Shown: positions 10,468-19,745 of the stretch, in pieces
Layout: the number at the start of each line of letters is the position of its first letter
How positions within the stretch are numbered: position 1 is the stretch's first letter
Source of the DNA: a virus
DNA: 64,000 nucleotides
Strand: one strand, 5' to 3'
IMG/VR virus record: IMGVR_UViG_3300025128_000015
Location: 1-64,000 of that record
Made by a program: the position numbers and the translations under genes
Notes under the pieces: generated by a model
Told to the model about the DNA's origin: nothing
Database searches by the model: none
The model's input: the letters and a program-made list of their open reading frames with translations, nothing else

Positions 10468-12150
10468 ATGCCTTTCTACAAATTTGAAAAAAATGATAAA
10501 TTCTTTAATATAGTCAAAGCTCATCCTAAAAGTGCGTTTTCTATTTGGAGTGGTTCTGTTTTCTATAATAATCAAAGCGCCTCCGTGCCTCGAAGAGGGG
10601 CATTATCTGATCCTGGCGGTGTAACTGGTGCACGCCCTGATCAAAAAAGCGGTTATTTAAATCTCTTCGAGGCAAACGTCAATCGTCGTTACGGACAAGG
10701 CACAAATGCAGACGGCACTGATATATCTTTAATAACACCATTTCGAGTTAAAGACGTCGGAGATCTTGTATCATTTAAAAACATCGGACAAGATAAGTAT
10801 TTCAAAGACTATGATCAAGGAGATACTCTTGTTGGTAGTTATCCTTTAACGTCTAGTATAACCAGAATCTTTTATAATTATGGGGGAAACGATTATAGAA
10901 GCACTGGTGGGCATGAGCCATTCGACTTTCCTATCATTACTGAAACAGGAGGTAGAGCAAATCGCCTTCCCAATGGCACCGTAACACAAGTTGTTATGTC
11001 TGGAACAACAGATGGCAGAAATCAATTAAATCAATGGTGGGGACCAGGAGTAGCTAAAAGTTTATATAAGTCCATGTTCAGCGGAGAAAGCGGTAAAGGT
11101 GTTAAAAACGTTTTCTTTTCGGGATCTGTTTGGTATAACAATGAAAACGATTTTCCACTTGGAGGACCCCCGTCTGCAGGTACAAATTTAGTTTATGATT
11201 CAAAAGGCAGGCGCCGCAGGCATCTAGAAGCACTTAAAAATACACTAAACTATTATTCATATCTTAGTCCTCATTACAAATATATTTCCCATGTAAGAAA
11301 AGATGGTGAGAGAAATTTTGGTAAAGTTCGTCTCAATATGATTAACATTCCATCTATTTTCTATGGCTCGTCAATTAAAAAAGGCACTGTCTTTCTTAAA
11401 TTTTATGTAACCGGTACATTAATCGGAGAACTTGGCGATATTAAAAGAAATGGAGAACTAGTCCAGGTTGGACCTACAGGTAGTAACGGCAGTGGCTCTG
11501 TAGCTGGTGTTGTTCTGTACAACGAAGGTGTTTTGCTTCTTACAGCTAGTCACGATTTGACTGCGGCCGGCACAGCCATGGATCCTCCACATACTGAAAA
11601 ATATATATCTGAGGATCTAAAAGTCGCTGCGGACTCCCCTAGTTGGCTTTACTGGGGTGCTTCCATGCGAGAAACCACAATATATAATTCAGGCTCTGCA
11701 CCAACCGCTGCCGACTCTGATGCGATGAGCGGATCTTACGGAACATGGCTAACACAGCCTGTATTTTGCCCATCCTCAAGCTTCTCAATAGATTTTGAAG
11801 GCACTAATCACGTTAATACCATGACGATGTTTGCTCATGCGCCAAAGGGCGTTCTTAACCATTCTAATAATTTAACTTACTTGGATTACCAAAGCAGCTT
11901 GACAGGAAGTTCGCAAAAAGGACCAGAGACAAGCAAGAGAAGATATGTTGAGTACGAGAAAGTAAAAATTAAAAATACAACAAAGAGCCAATTTAAAAAT
12001 TATCAAGAAGATTTTGAAAAACAGGTTTACATTTCTAAGATAGGCATATATGATAAGGATAAGAATTTAGTTGGTATTGCTAAATTAGCAAATCCAGTTA
12101 AAAAGAAAGAAGATAGGGACTTCACTTTTAAAATAAAACTTGATATATGA
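10468..12150 (+). CDS. Putative tail/baseplate protein, paralog of 9266..10447
   Basis: 560 aa; C-terminus IGIYDKDKNLVGIAKLANPVKK...FKIKLDI; shares the motif IKKG(S/T)(F/V)xL...G..(Y)xxGxxxLT with the preceding gene. Confidence 0.55.
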   Translation: MPFYKFEKNDKFFNIVKAHPKSAFSIWSGSVFYNNQSASVPRRGALSDPGGVTGARPDQKSGYLNLFEANVNRRYGQGTNADGTDISLITPFRVKDVGDLVSFKNIGQDKYFKDYDQGDTLVGSYPLTSSITRIFYNYGGNDYRSTGGHEPFDFPIITETGGRANRLPNGTVTQVVMSGTTDGRNQLNQWWGPGVAKSLYKSMFSGESGKGVKNVFFSGSVWYNNENDFPLGGPPSAGTNLVYDSKGRRRRHLEALKNTLNYYSYLSPHYKYISHVRKDGERNFGKVRLNMINIPSIFYGSSIKKGTVFLKFYVTGTLIGELGDIKRNGELVQVGPTGSNGSGSVAGVVLYNEGVLLLTASHDLTAAGTAMDPPHTEKYISEDLKVAADSPSWLYWGASMRETTIYNSGSAPTAADSDAMSGSYGTWLTQPVFCPSSSFSIDFEGTNHVNTMTMFAHAPKGVLNHSNNLTYLDYQSSLTGSSQKGPETSKRRYVEYEKVKIKNTTKSQFKNYQEDFEKQVYISKIGIYDKDKNLVGIAKLANPVKKKEDRDFTFKIKLDI

Positions 12151-12674
12151 TTTTAGGACTAGATGTAAGTACAAGCATTACTGGTGCGACAGTATTAAAT
12201 AATGAAGGAAAGATTATTTATAATGAGGCATGGGATACGAGAAAGTATAAAGACTTCTTTAAGAAGGCCGAGTATATTGAAAAACGTATTAGTGAGCTTC
12301 GTAGTGACAGTTTCGGAATCGAAAGAGTATGTATCGAGCAATCTCTCCAAAGTTTCAGATCTGGATTCTCCTCGGCTAAAACTTTGTCAACTCTCGCTCG
12401 TTTTAATGGGGTGGTGTCATGGTTGGTATATAGAATACTGCAGACAGAACCAGAATATATAGCAGCGACATCGGCCAGAAAATTATGTGGGATTACAGTG
12501 CCAAGAGGGACAAAAGCAAAAGAAGTTGTAATCAAGTATGTCGTTGAAAATATTCCTGAAATTGTGATAGAGAAAACAAAGCACGACAATATTAAGCCAC
12601 ACTGTTATGATAAAGCTGATAGCTGGGTTGTTGCAAGAGCAGCATACAAAAACAATAAAAAGTCACCAGCGTAA
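12147..12674 (+). CDS. ruvC: RuvC-like Holliday junction resolvase
   Basis: RNase H-fold catalytic pattern ILGLDVSTSITG, CIEQ, DKADS; ATGA overlap with the upstream gene. Confidence 0.85.
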   Translation: MILGLDVSTSITGATVLNNEGKIIYNEAWDTRKYKDFFKKAEYIEKRISELRSDSFGIERVCIEQSLQSFRSGFSSAKTLSTLARFNGVVSWLVYRILQTEPEYIAATSARKLCGITVPRGTKAKEVVIKYVVENIPEIVIEKTKHDNIKPHCYDKADSWVVARAAYKNNKKSPA

Positions 12675-12748
12675 GTCTTTTGTTAATATTTCTTCTAATT
12701 AATAATGTACAACAAGTTATAATGTTGTAGACAAGGGAGGAGTTATTC

Positions 12749-13531
12749 ATGAGTCAGGTCGATGGCAATTTAACTGTACAAGGAGGCATTAAGTCTCAGT
12801 ATAAGAGTGATATATATTTACCACCACCAGTGGTCTATTTGAGAATGAACGAAGGAACAGGTTCAACCGCCGCAGATTCTTCAAACGCCGGCAATGATCT
12901 TGACGGTACATTAGGAGGTACAGCTTCTTGGTCGACTGTATTCAAGAATGGGCCATATGCGGTAGCATTCGATGGAGACTCTGATTATATAGATATGGGT
13001 AACAGTACTACTTTGGTGCCAAACACTGCCTTTACAATTTCTTACTGGGCAAGAGCAAATTCTTTTACAGGATACACCAGAATGGTTTCAAAATTCCCAA
13101 CTGGCGCAGGTTCACCTTCTTATTCTTACACTATTTTAACGGGAAATGGTACGGGTCAAGTTAGATTTTTTGTTATGCAGGCATCTAACACTGGCTCTGG
13201 AACAGTCTTGATGACCAACAGCGCAGAAATGTCTGTCGACACTTGGCATCACATTGTATGTACTTATTCAGGTGGAGACAATAGAATGCGTATTTATGTC
13301 GACGGAGATCTAAAAACGGCTACGCTTACAGGGACAGTACCTTCTTCTATAAATCAAGGCACAGCAAAATTGTCTTTAGGAGCCAATCTGGCAGGTTCTG
13401 TTGCGAATCGTCAATATTGGGATGGATATATGGACGAGTTCTCTATTTGGAATGTAGAGCTTACAGCAGACCAAATTTCTTATATTTATGGAGCCGGCTC
13501 ACCACCTGATTTATCTGTTGGTATACCATAG
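12749..13531 (+). CDS. LamG/concanavalin A-like lectin domain protein
   Basis: Motifs YLRMNEGTG, AVAFDGDSDYI, FTISYW, WHHIVCTY, MRIYVDG, WDGYMDEFSIWNVEL. Confidence 0.85.
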   Translation: MSQVDGNLTVQGGIKSQYKSDIYLPPPVVYLRMNEGTGSTAADSSNAGNDLDGTLGGTASWSTVFKNGPYAVAFDGDSDYIDMGNSTTLVPNTAFTISYWARANSFTGYTRMVSKFPTGAGSPSYSYTILTGNGTGQVRFFVMQASNTGSGTVLMTNSAEMSVDTWHHIVCTYSGGDNRMRIYVDGDLKTATLTGTVPSSINQGTAKLSLGANLAGSVANRQYWDGYMDEFSIWNVELTADQISYIYGAGSPPDLSVGIP

Positions 13532-13543
13532 GAGAAAATAATT

Positions 13544-14344
13544 ATGAGTCAAATTGATGGAAACATGATAGTACGAGGAAACACAACTGTACAATATCAG
13601 AGCAGTATATATACTCCGTCTCCAATTGTATATCTTAAAATGAACGACGGGTCAGGCACAACAGCTAGCGACTCTTCTAGTGCCGGCAACAATCTGAATG
13701 GAACTTTAGGCGGTGACGCATCATGGACATCTACTAAATATAAAAATGGACCTTATGCTGTTGAATTTGACGGCACCGGAGATTATATTGATTTAGGGAC
13801 AAGCACCACGCTTAAACCTAATATTGCTATGACCATCGCGGCCTGGGTCTATGCAGATGATTTCGGTTCTGGCTTTGCTGCCATTCTTTCTTGTTGGCCT
13901 GGTTCCGGCGCCGAATCCAATTATTCTTTTTTTCTTGGCACAGGTGACAGCGGCGCCGGCAACGGAAAAGTAGATTGGCTTGTCATGAAACACCCCGCCG
14001 GCGGCTCTGGAACTTGGCTACAAACTGACAGTGCTGAACTCACAGCAGAACAATGGCATCATGTTGCTGTAACCTATTCTGGCGCAAATACTAGAATGCG
14101 TATATACATTGATGGTTCTTTGAAAGACGCTACTCATGTAAGGGAGGCGGTACCTTCTCAGATTAGCCAAGGAAGCCATAATGTTGGAATTGGGCTTAAT
14201 TATAACGGTTCTGCTTCATATCCTTATCCATGGGATGGTGCTATAGATGAATTATCGATGTGGGATGTTGAACTTACGGCAGACCAGATATCTTATCTAT
14301 ATGGCGGAGGGGTCGTTCCAGATGTCTCCAAAGGTATACCATAA
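13544..14344 (+). CDS. LamG/concanavalin A-like lectin domain protein (tandem paralog)
   Basis: Motifs YLKMNDGSG, FDGTGDYI, MTIAAW, WHHVAVTY, MRIYIDG, WDGAIDELSMWDVEL. Confidence 0.85.
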   Translation: MSQIDGNMIVRGNTTVQYQSSIYTPSPIVYLKMNDGSGTTASDSSSAGNNLNGTLGGDASWTSTKYKNGPYAVEFDGTGDYIDLGTSTTLKPNIAMTIAAWVYADDFGSGFAAILSCWPGSGAESNYSFFLGTGDSGAGNGKVDWLVMKHPAGGSGTWLQTDSAELTAEQWHHVAVTYSGANTRMRIYIDGSLKDATHVREAVPSQISQGSHNVGIGLNYNGSASYPYPWDGAIDELSMWDVELTADQISYLYGGGVVPDVSKGIP

Positions 14345-14351
14345 ATTTTAC

Positions 14352-14379
14352 TAGACAGACTAGAAAATGTTATTATAAC
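14352..14379 (+). promoter_or_regulatory. Sigma70-like early promoter for primase
   Basis: TAGACA(14352-57)-N16-TATAAC(14374-79). Confidence 0.55.
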
Positions 14380-14405
14380 TTATGTAATAGATTATAGGTT
14401 GTAAG

Positions 14406-15350
14406 TTGTCACAAAGTAAAAAGATAAATATTCTGAGAAGAGTTTTGGGTAATTTCTACAACTCTAGCGAAGAATTATTATTTTATTGCCCTAAGTGCAA
14501 TCATCATAAAAGAAAGATGTCTGTCAATATAACTAAGGATGTTTTTAAGTGTTGGATCTGTGATTACCATGGTATTTCAATTCGTAAGCTGATTAGAAAC
14601 CACGGATCCTTTAAGGATTTGGCTGCATGGTCAGAGCTTACAAATGAAGTAGATATTTCGTCTTTTGGTGATAACTTGTTTGAGAAAGAGCAAGCAGAAG
14701 AAGAACAGAAAATACCTTTACCAGAAGAATATATATCCTTAGCCAATAAAAACTCTTCTATGTCTTCGCTCAGGGCTAGAAATTATTTGGCTTCTCGTGG
14801 ACTAACAAAAAGAGATTTTGTAAGATGGAAGATAGGATACTGCGAAGAAGGTGAATATGCAGGTCGTATTATCATTCCTTCATTTGGCAAAACAGGCTAT
14901 GCAAATTATTTTATTGCTAGGACCTATACTGATAATTGGAAAAAGTATATGAACCCTCCAGCAAAACGAGATATTATCTTTAATGAGCTTTATCTGGATT
15001 TTGATAAAGATCTTGTTATTGTCGAGGGCGCCTTCGATGCTATTGTTACAGGTCCAAACTCTGTTCCCATTTTAGGATCAACGTTGCGAGAACAATCTAA
15101 GTTGTTTCAAGAGATTATTAAAAACGATTCAACAGTCTATATTGCCCTTGATCCCGATGCGGAAAAGAAAGCAACTTTCTTAATCAAGAACCTTTTAAAA
15201 TATGGTATAGAAATATATAAAACAGATATAGCTCCATATGATGATGTAGGAGAGATGTCAAAAGAAGAGTTTAAAAATAGAAAGTCTCAATCTAAACGCA
15301 TAACATCAGAAGATTATTTGTTATTGCGCCTACAAAGTATGATGCCATAA
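14406..15350 (+). CDS. DNA primase (Zn finger + TOPRIM)
   Basis: CPKC...H...CWIC zinc finger; GRIIIPSF; TOPRIM VEGAFDA and ALDPDA; TTG start. Confidence 0.9.
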   Translation: MSQSKKINILRRVLGNFYNSSEELLFYCPKCNHHKRKMSVNITKDVFKCWICDYHGISIRKLIRNHGSFKDLAAWSELTNEVDISSFGDNLFEKEQAEEEQKIPLPEEYISLANKNSSMSSLRARNYLASRGLTKRDFVRWKIGYCEEGEYAGRIIIPSFGKTGYANYFIARTYTDNWKKYMNPPAKRDIIFNELYLDFDKDLVIVEGAFDAIVTGPNSVPILGSTLREQSKLFQEIIKNDSTVYIALDPDAEKKATFLIKNLLKYGIEIYKTDIAPYDDVGEMSKEEFKNRKSQSKRITSEDYLLLRLQSMMP

Positions 15351-15415
15351 GTGTTTTAGCCTTTGCTTTTTAGTTGGACTATTTATTAGTAACAGCATTT
15401 TATGGAGGTATTAAA

Positions 15416-15523
15416 ATGAAAAATTTAGTTAAAGTTTTGGTTGCTCATGCTAAGAAAAATTGGCTATGCCTGTCAACCGCAGCCCTCGTCGCACTTGTTG
15501 TGTGTCGGAGTTGTTGCTGTTAG
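15416..15523 (+). CDS. Unannotated 35-aa hydrophobic peptide ending in CCC
   Basis: SD GGAGG then ATG at 15416; MKNLVKVLVAHAKKNWLCLSTAALVALVVCRSCCC*; late motif at 15378; TAG overlaps the GTG of the next gene. Confidence 0.6.
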   Translation: MKNLVKVLVAHAKKNWLCLSTAALVALVVCRSCCC

Positions 15524-15930
15524 TGCCTTATAAGAAGAAAGGCAAATGTGTCTATAAAAAAGACACTGGTAAAAAAGTTGGATGCACTGACGGCCCTGTA
15601 GATAATTACTTGGCCGCACTGCATGCCAACGCTACTGATGAATCAAAAAAAGAGGAATCTATAATGGAAATAAAAAGATCAAGATTAAAACAAATTGTAA
15701 AAGAAGAGATGGAACGATTAGACCGATTGTTTGAAGGCAAATTAGCCGATCAAGTATACGAAGATAATACTGGGCGCCGCGGCACAATTTTATCTCAAAC
15801 CCTCTGTGAAAGTGGTGCTGTAACACATTACGATGTAGAATTTGATGACGAGATTAAATTGAATCTCCCGGCCGAAGAGCTGACAGTCATCACAGAAAAA
15901 ACAAAATCCTCTAAAGGAAGTATAAAATGA
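15523..15930 (+). CDS. Hypothetical protein, candidate head-internal protein
   Basis: The track starts it at 15460, but GTG 15523 (TAGTG coupling) is more plausible. Internal SD + ATG at 15664 gives MEIKRSRLKQIVKEE. The C-terminal THYDVEF motif resembles small T4-like head proteins as I recall them. Confidence 0.55.
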   Translation: MPYKKKGKCVYKKDTGKKVGCTDGPVDNYLAALHANATDESKKEESIMEIKRSRLKQIVKEEMERLDRLFEGKLADQVYEDNTGRRGTILSQTLCESGAVTHYDVEFDDEIKLNLPAEELTVITEKTKSSKGSIK

Positions 15931-16310
15931 AAATTTCAAAACAAAGACTTGTTGAACTAATAAACGAAGAGCTAGAAAAAGATGCTCAAACAGCGCTAAA
16001 CGAATACGGTGCTTACACTGCTATCTCATCTGGAGTGGGCGACAACCCAGCCCTAAGAAACAACAACCATCCAGACCCGGTTAATGATTTAAAATCTCTA
16101 GAAGTAGGGCAATTAGATGATATAGCTACAACTGGAATAGAAGGATTATTTAACAATGTGCAGATTGCATCAAGAATTCTAGAAGATCTCCCCTTTGAAG
16201 AGATTTCTAATTCAAATATTGCAGACATGCTTGTTGAGGCAGCAGATTTCCTTCGAGCCGTTTTGGACAAAATCTCTATGGAACGCGAACGTGAAGAAAG
16301 AGGATATTAA
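15927..16310 (+). CDS. Hypothetical acidic protein with MKISKxRLxELIxEE leader
   Basis: 127 aa; ATGA overlap with the upstream gene. Confidence 0.6.
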   Translation: MKISKQRLVELINEELEKDAQTALNEYGAYTAISSGVGDNPALRNNNHPDPVNDLKSLEVGQLDDIATTGIEGLFNNVQIASRILEDLPFEEISNSNIADMLVEAADFLRAVLDKISMEREREERGY

Positions 16311-16313
16311 TAA

Positions 16314-16342
16314 TTTACCTTTTTAAGAAGTGTTACTATGTT
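16314..16342 (+). promoter_or_regulatory. Putative early promoter for the Mre11-Rad50 fusion
   Basis: TTTACC(16314-19)-N17-TATGTT(16337-42), with GTTAC immediately before the -10 as in the other early promoters. Confidence 0.4.
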
Positions 16343-16386
16343 TATAGCAACACGCTTATAAACACGTAAGCTAGACCGGAGAATTT

Positions 16387-19300
16387 ATGCGATTTGCTCA
16401 TATAGCGGACACCCATATCCGCAACTTGAAATACCACAAAGAATATCGTGCAGTATTTCAGCAACTATATAGAAAACTTGAAGAATTAGATGTTGACTAC
16501 ATCGTTCATTGCGGCGACATAGCCCATACAAAGACACAAATAAGTCCAGAGTTCGTTGATTTGTGCAGTGATTTTTTTAGGAACTTGGCGAATATAGCTC
16601 CTACATACATAATACTGGGGAATCACGATGGCAACTTAAGAAATTCATATCGACAAGACGCGCTAACACCGATTGTTAATGCGTTAGATAATCCGAATTT
16701 AAAGTTGATTAAAAACTCCGGGGAGGTCAATCTCGATGATACTTTTACGCTTAATATCTTATCTGTGTTTGATGCTGACAATTGGATGGATCCATCCGAC
16801 AGCACCAAAATTAATATTGCTCTTTATCACGGCTCCATATCGAATTGTCAAACTGATGCTGGTTGGATTATGGAATATGGGGAAAACGACATATCTATTT
16901 TTAATAGATTCGATTATGCTTTTCTCGGAGACATTCATAAAACAAACCAACAACTTGATAAAGAAGGTCGAATTCGATATTGTGGCTCCACTGTACAACA
17001 GAATCACGGAGAAACCAACGATAAAGGCTTTCTCATATGGGACATCGAAGACAAAGAAACCTTCTCGGTAGAACATCACGTACTAGCCAATCCTAAGCCG
17101 TTTATAACGATTAATCTTACTCCGAAGGGTAGCATGCCAAAAGGCACGAAAATCCCGTCTAAGGCACGCTTACGGCTGGTTTCTGAGAATACCTTACCTC
17201 TGGATGTTATTCGTAAGGCAATTGATGTTGCAAAAGTTAGATTTAAACCAGAAGCAATTACATATTTATGTAGATCAGACGGCCGTTCAGGTTTAGATGG
17301 CTCTGTCAATTCTCTTATACAAGAAGATCTTCGTGACATCGCCGTACAAGAAAGTTTGATAGAGGAGTATATTAAAGACTATCAGGTTGATGAAGACGTC
17401 TTACAAAAGGTATATGATCTAAATAAAAGATACAAGACCCTCGTTGAAGAAGAGGAGGAGGTTAGCAGGAATGTTAACTGGAAACTAAAGAGAATCGAGT
17501 GGGACAATCTATTCAATTACGATGAAGGAAATAGTGTCGACTTTTATGATCTTAATGGGGTTATTGGTATTCTAGGAAAGAACTTTTCTGGTAAATCAAG
17601 CATCATTGACAGTCTTATGTACACTCTGTACAACACAACTTCAAAAAACAATCGCAAGAATTATAATGTGATTAATCAAAACAAAGAAGAATGTAGAGGG
17701 CTTGTACAAATTGACATTGGCACAAAGACATATTCAGTTGAAAGAACCAGCAAGAAGTATGTAAAAAAGCTGAAAGGCAAAGTTACTAACGAAGCTAAGA
17801 CTGATGTTGAATTTACTGTTTATGATAATGCCACTGGGATTGAACAAGAACTAAACGGCACTAGTAGAATGGAGACAGATAAAAACATTAGGAAGATATT
17901 TGGCACTGTCGAAGACTTTCTAATGACATCGATGGCTTCACAGCTTGGATCTCTAAGTTATATCAGCGAAGGTTCGACAAAGAGAAAAGAAATTCTTGCT
18001 AAGTTTCTTGATTTAGAAATATTTGACAAGAAGTTCAAGATGGCCAAAGATGATTCTTCTGATATTAAAGCCATGATTCGCAAAATGTCTAAACGCGATT
18101 TTGTGCAAGAGGCAAAAGATGCAAGAACAGAACTTGCAAGGAGTGAGACTGAAACGTCTCTCAAACAAAAAGAGTGCAAGAAGCTGGCTAATAAAATAAA
18201 TAAATTGAACTCTGATCTGGTTGAGTGCGATAAATTAATATCTTCAATACCAGCGCAAGTAATTGATATTACTATGGTTAATAGAAAATTGCAAGACTTA
18301 ACAAACAAGATAGACATTTTAAAGTCAGACAATGTTGGTCACGAACATGAACTAGAAGAAAAACAAAAATTCTATGACAAGATAGTTGCATTCATAGATG
18401 GGTTTGATGTTGATTCACTCAAGCAAAAACAAGAGCTTATTAAAGAACACCGAAACAGCATTGTCGCATTCGAGTCTGAAATAGAGACTGAAAGCACAAG
18501 ACTTAATCTTTTGAAGAAGAAGGTCAAGTTGCTCGATGAAGTTCCATGTGGAGAAGAGTTTTCTCATTGTAAATTTATTAAAGACGCATATACAGCAAAA
18601 AACAATATCGTCCCAGTACAAGCTGTCATTGATAAACTTGATTCAAAAGTCAATAAGATATCGAAAGGTATCGATAGTTTAAATCCAACTCAGCTTCAAG
18701 ATCATTATGAGAAGTTTCAAAAAATAACCAAGAAGAAAAACAATGCTCTCAATGAGATCAATGAGTTAAAACTTGAAATAGAAAAAACAAAGACTCATGT
18801 TTTAAGATTTGATCAAGAAAAGAGTATACTCGAAATTAAGAGAGAAGAATATGAAAACAATAAAGAAGCAATTGAAAATCTTGAAAGCTTGCTAGAACAA
18901 AAAGCAAATCATGAAGATGGGATAAAAAATCATAAAAAGAAATATGAAACATGTCAAAAAGAATCTATGGAGCTTTACAAGCAAAATGGCTTCTTGGAAC
19001 AAAAGCTAGAACAGATAAGTACAGACGAACAAGAGTATGAAGATCTTAATGCTGAGTTCACAGCTTATGATTTGTTTCAGAGATGTATGCACTCGAACGG
19101 TATATCATACAATATTATTAAGAAGCGCCTTCCAATAATCAATGAGGAGATATCAAAGATCTTAACAAACATCGTTGACTTTGATATCCTTTTTGATAAT
19201 GAAGATAATAAATTAGATATTTTGATTAAACACCCGCGCTTTGAACCTCGTCCAATTGAGATGGGTTCAGGTGCAGAAAAAACGATATGTGCAATGGCCA

Positions 19301-19536
19301 TTCGTTTGGCTCTTTTAAATGTTTCGACTCTACCAAAAGGCGATGTCTTTATCCTAGATGAACCTGGAACGGCTTTAGATGAAGATAATATGGAAGGATT
19401 TGTAAGGATTCTAGATATGATCAGTACACAATTTAAAACTGTTTTATTGATTTCACACCTAGATAGTCTTAAGGATACGGTCGAACAGCAAATTACAATT
19501 GATAAAATTGATGGCTATGCACATGTAAATCACTAA
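16387..19536 (+). CDS. Fused Mre11/SbcD nuclease - Rad50/SbcC ATPase (gp47-gp46-like)
   Basis: Phosphoesterase motifs ADTH, CGDIAH, GNHD, YHG, GDIH; then Walker A GKNFSGKS, long coiled coil with a central PCGEEFSHC, signature GSGAE, Walker B ILDEP and H-loop ISH, all in one 1049-aa frame. Confidence 0.9.
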   Translation: MRFAHIADTHIRNLKYHKEYRAVFQQLYRKLEELDVDYIVHCGDIAHTKTQISPEFVDLCSDFFRNLANIAPTYIILGNHDGNLRNSYRQDALTPIVNALDNPNLKLIKNSGEVNLDDTFTLNILSVFDADNWMDPSDSTKINIALYHGSISNCQTDAGWIMEYGENDISIFNRFDYAFLGDIHKTNQQLDKEGRIRYCGSTVQQNHGETNDKGFLIWDIEDKETFSVEHHVLANPKPFITINLTPKGSMPKGTKIPSKARLRLVSENTLPLDVIRKAIDVAKVRFKPEAITYLCRSDGRSGLDGSVNSLIQEDLRDIAVQESLIEEYIKDYQVDEDVLQKVYDLNKRYKTLVEEEEEVSRNVNWKLKRIEWDNLFNYDEGNSVDFYDLNGVIGILGKNFSGKSSIIDSLMYTLYNTTSKNNRKNYNVINQNKEECRGLVQIDIGTKTYSVERTSKKYVKKLKGKVTNEAKTDVEFTVYDNATGIEQELNGTSRMETDKNIRKIFGTVEDFLMTSMASQLGSLSYISEGSTKRKEILAKFLDLEIFDKKFKMAKDDSSDIKAMIRKMSKRDFVQEAKDARTELARSETETSLKQKECKKLANKINKLNSDLVECDKLISSIPAQVIDITMVNRKLQDLTNKIDILKSDNVGHEHELEEKQKFYDKIVAFIDGFDVDSLKQKQELIKEHRNSIVAFESEIETESTRLNLLKKKVKLLDEVPCGEEFSHCKFIKDAYTAKNNIVPVQAVIDKLDSKVNKISKGIDSLNPTQLQDHYEKFQKITKKKNNALNEINELKLEIEKTKTHVLRFDQEKSILEIKREEYENNKEAIENLESLLEQKANHEDGIKNHKKKYETCQKESMELYKQNGFLEQKLEQISTDEQEYEDLNAEFTAYDLFQRCMHSNGISYNIIKKRLPIINEEISKILTNIVDFDILFDNEDNKLDILIKHPRFEPRPIEMGSGAEKTICAMAIRLALLNVSTLPKGDVFILDEPGTALDEDNMEGFVRILDMISTQFKTVLLISHLDSLKDTVEQQITIDKIDGYAHVNH

Positions 19537-19547
19537 GGAGAAATAAG

Positions 19548-19745
19548 ATGGAAAAAGTAAAATCGTTTTTAGATAGAATGACAGAGAAAGTTATTAGTCG
19601 CAAGTTTCTTGCGTGGGTCACCGCAACTGTGTTAGCACTAGAGGGTGTCGTAATTTCTGAAGACTGGGTTGCCGTAACAGTTATGTACATCGGGTCCGAA
19701 GCTTTGGTTGATCTAGCAACACGATGGAAGCATGGAAGCAACTAA
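19548..19745 (+). CDS. Putative holin-like small membrane protein
   Basis: 65 aa; SRKFLAW followed by two hydrophobic segments; SD AGGAG. Confidence 0.5.
   Translation: MEKVKSFLDRMTEKVISRKFLAWVTATVLALEGVVISEDWVAVTVMYIGSEALVDLATRWKHGSN

Noticed and set aside
15460-15522. Track start (TTG 15460) for the 156-aa ORF
   Set aside because: It overlaps a better-supported SD-led 35-aa ORF in another frame; GTG 15523, coupled to that ORF's stop, is more plausible.
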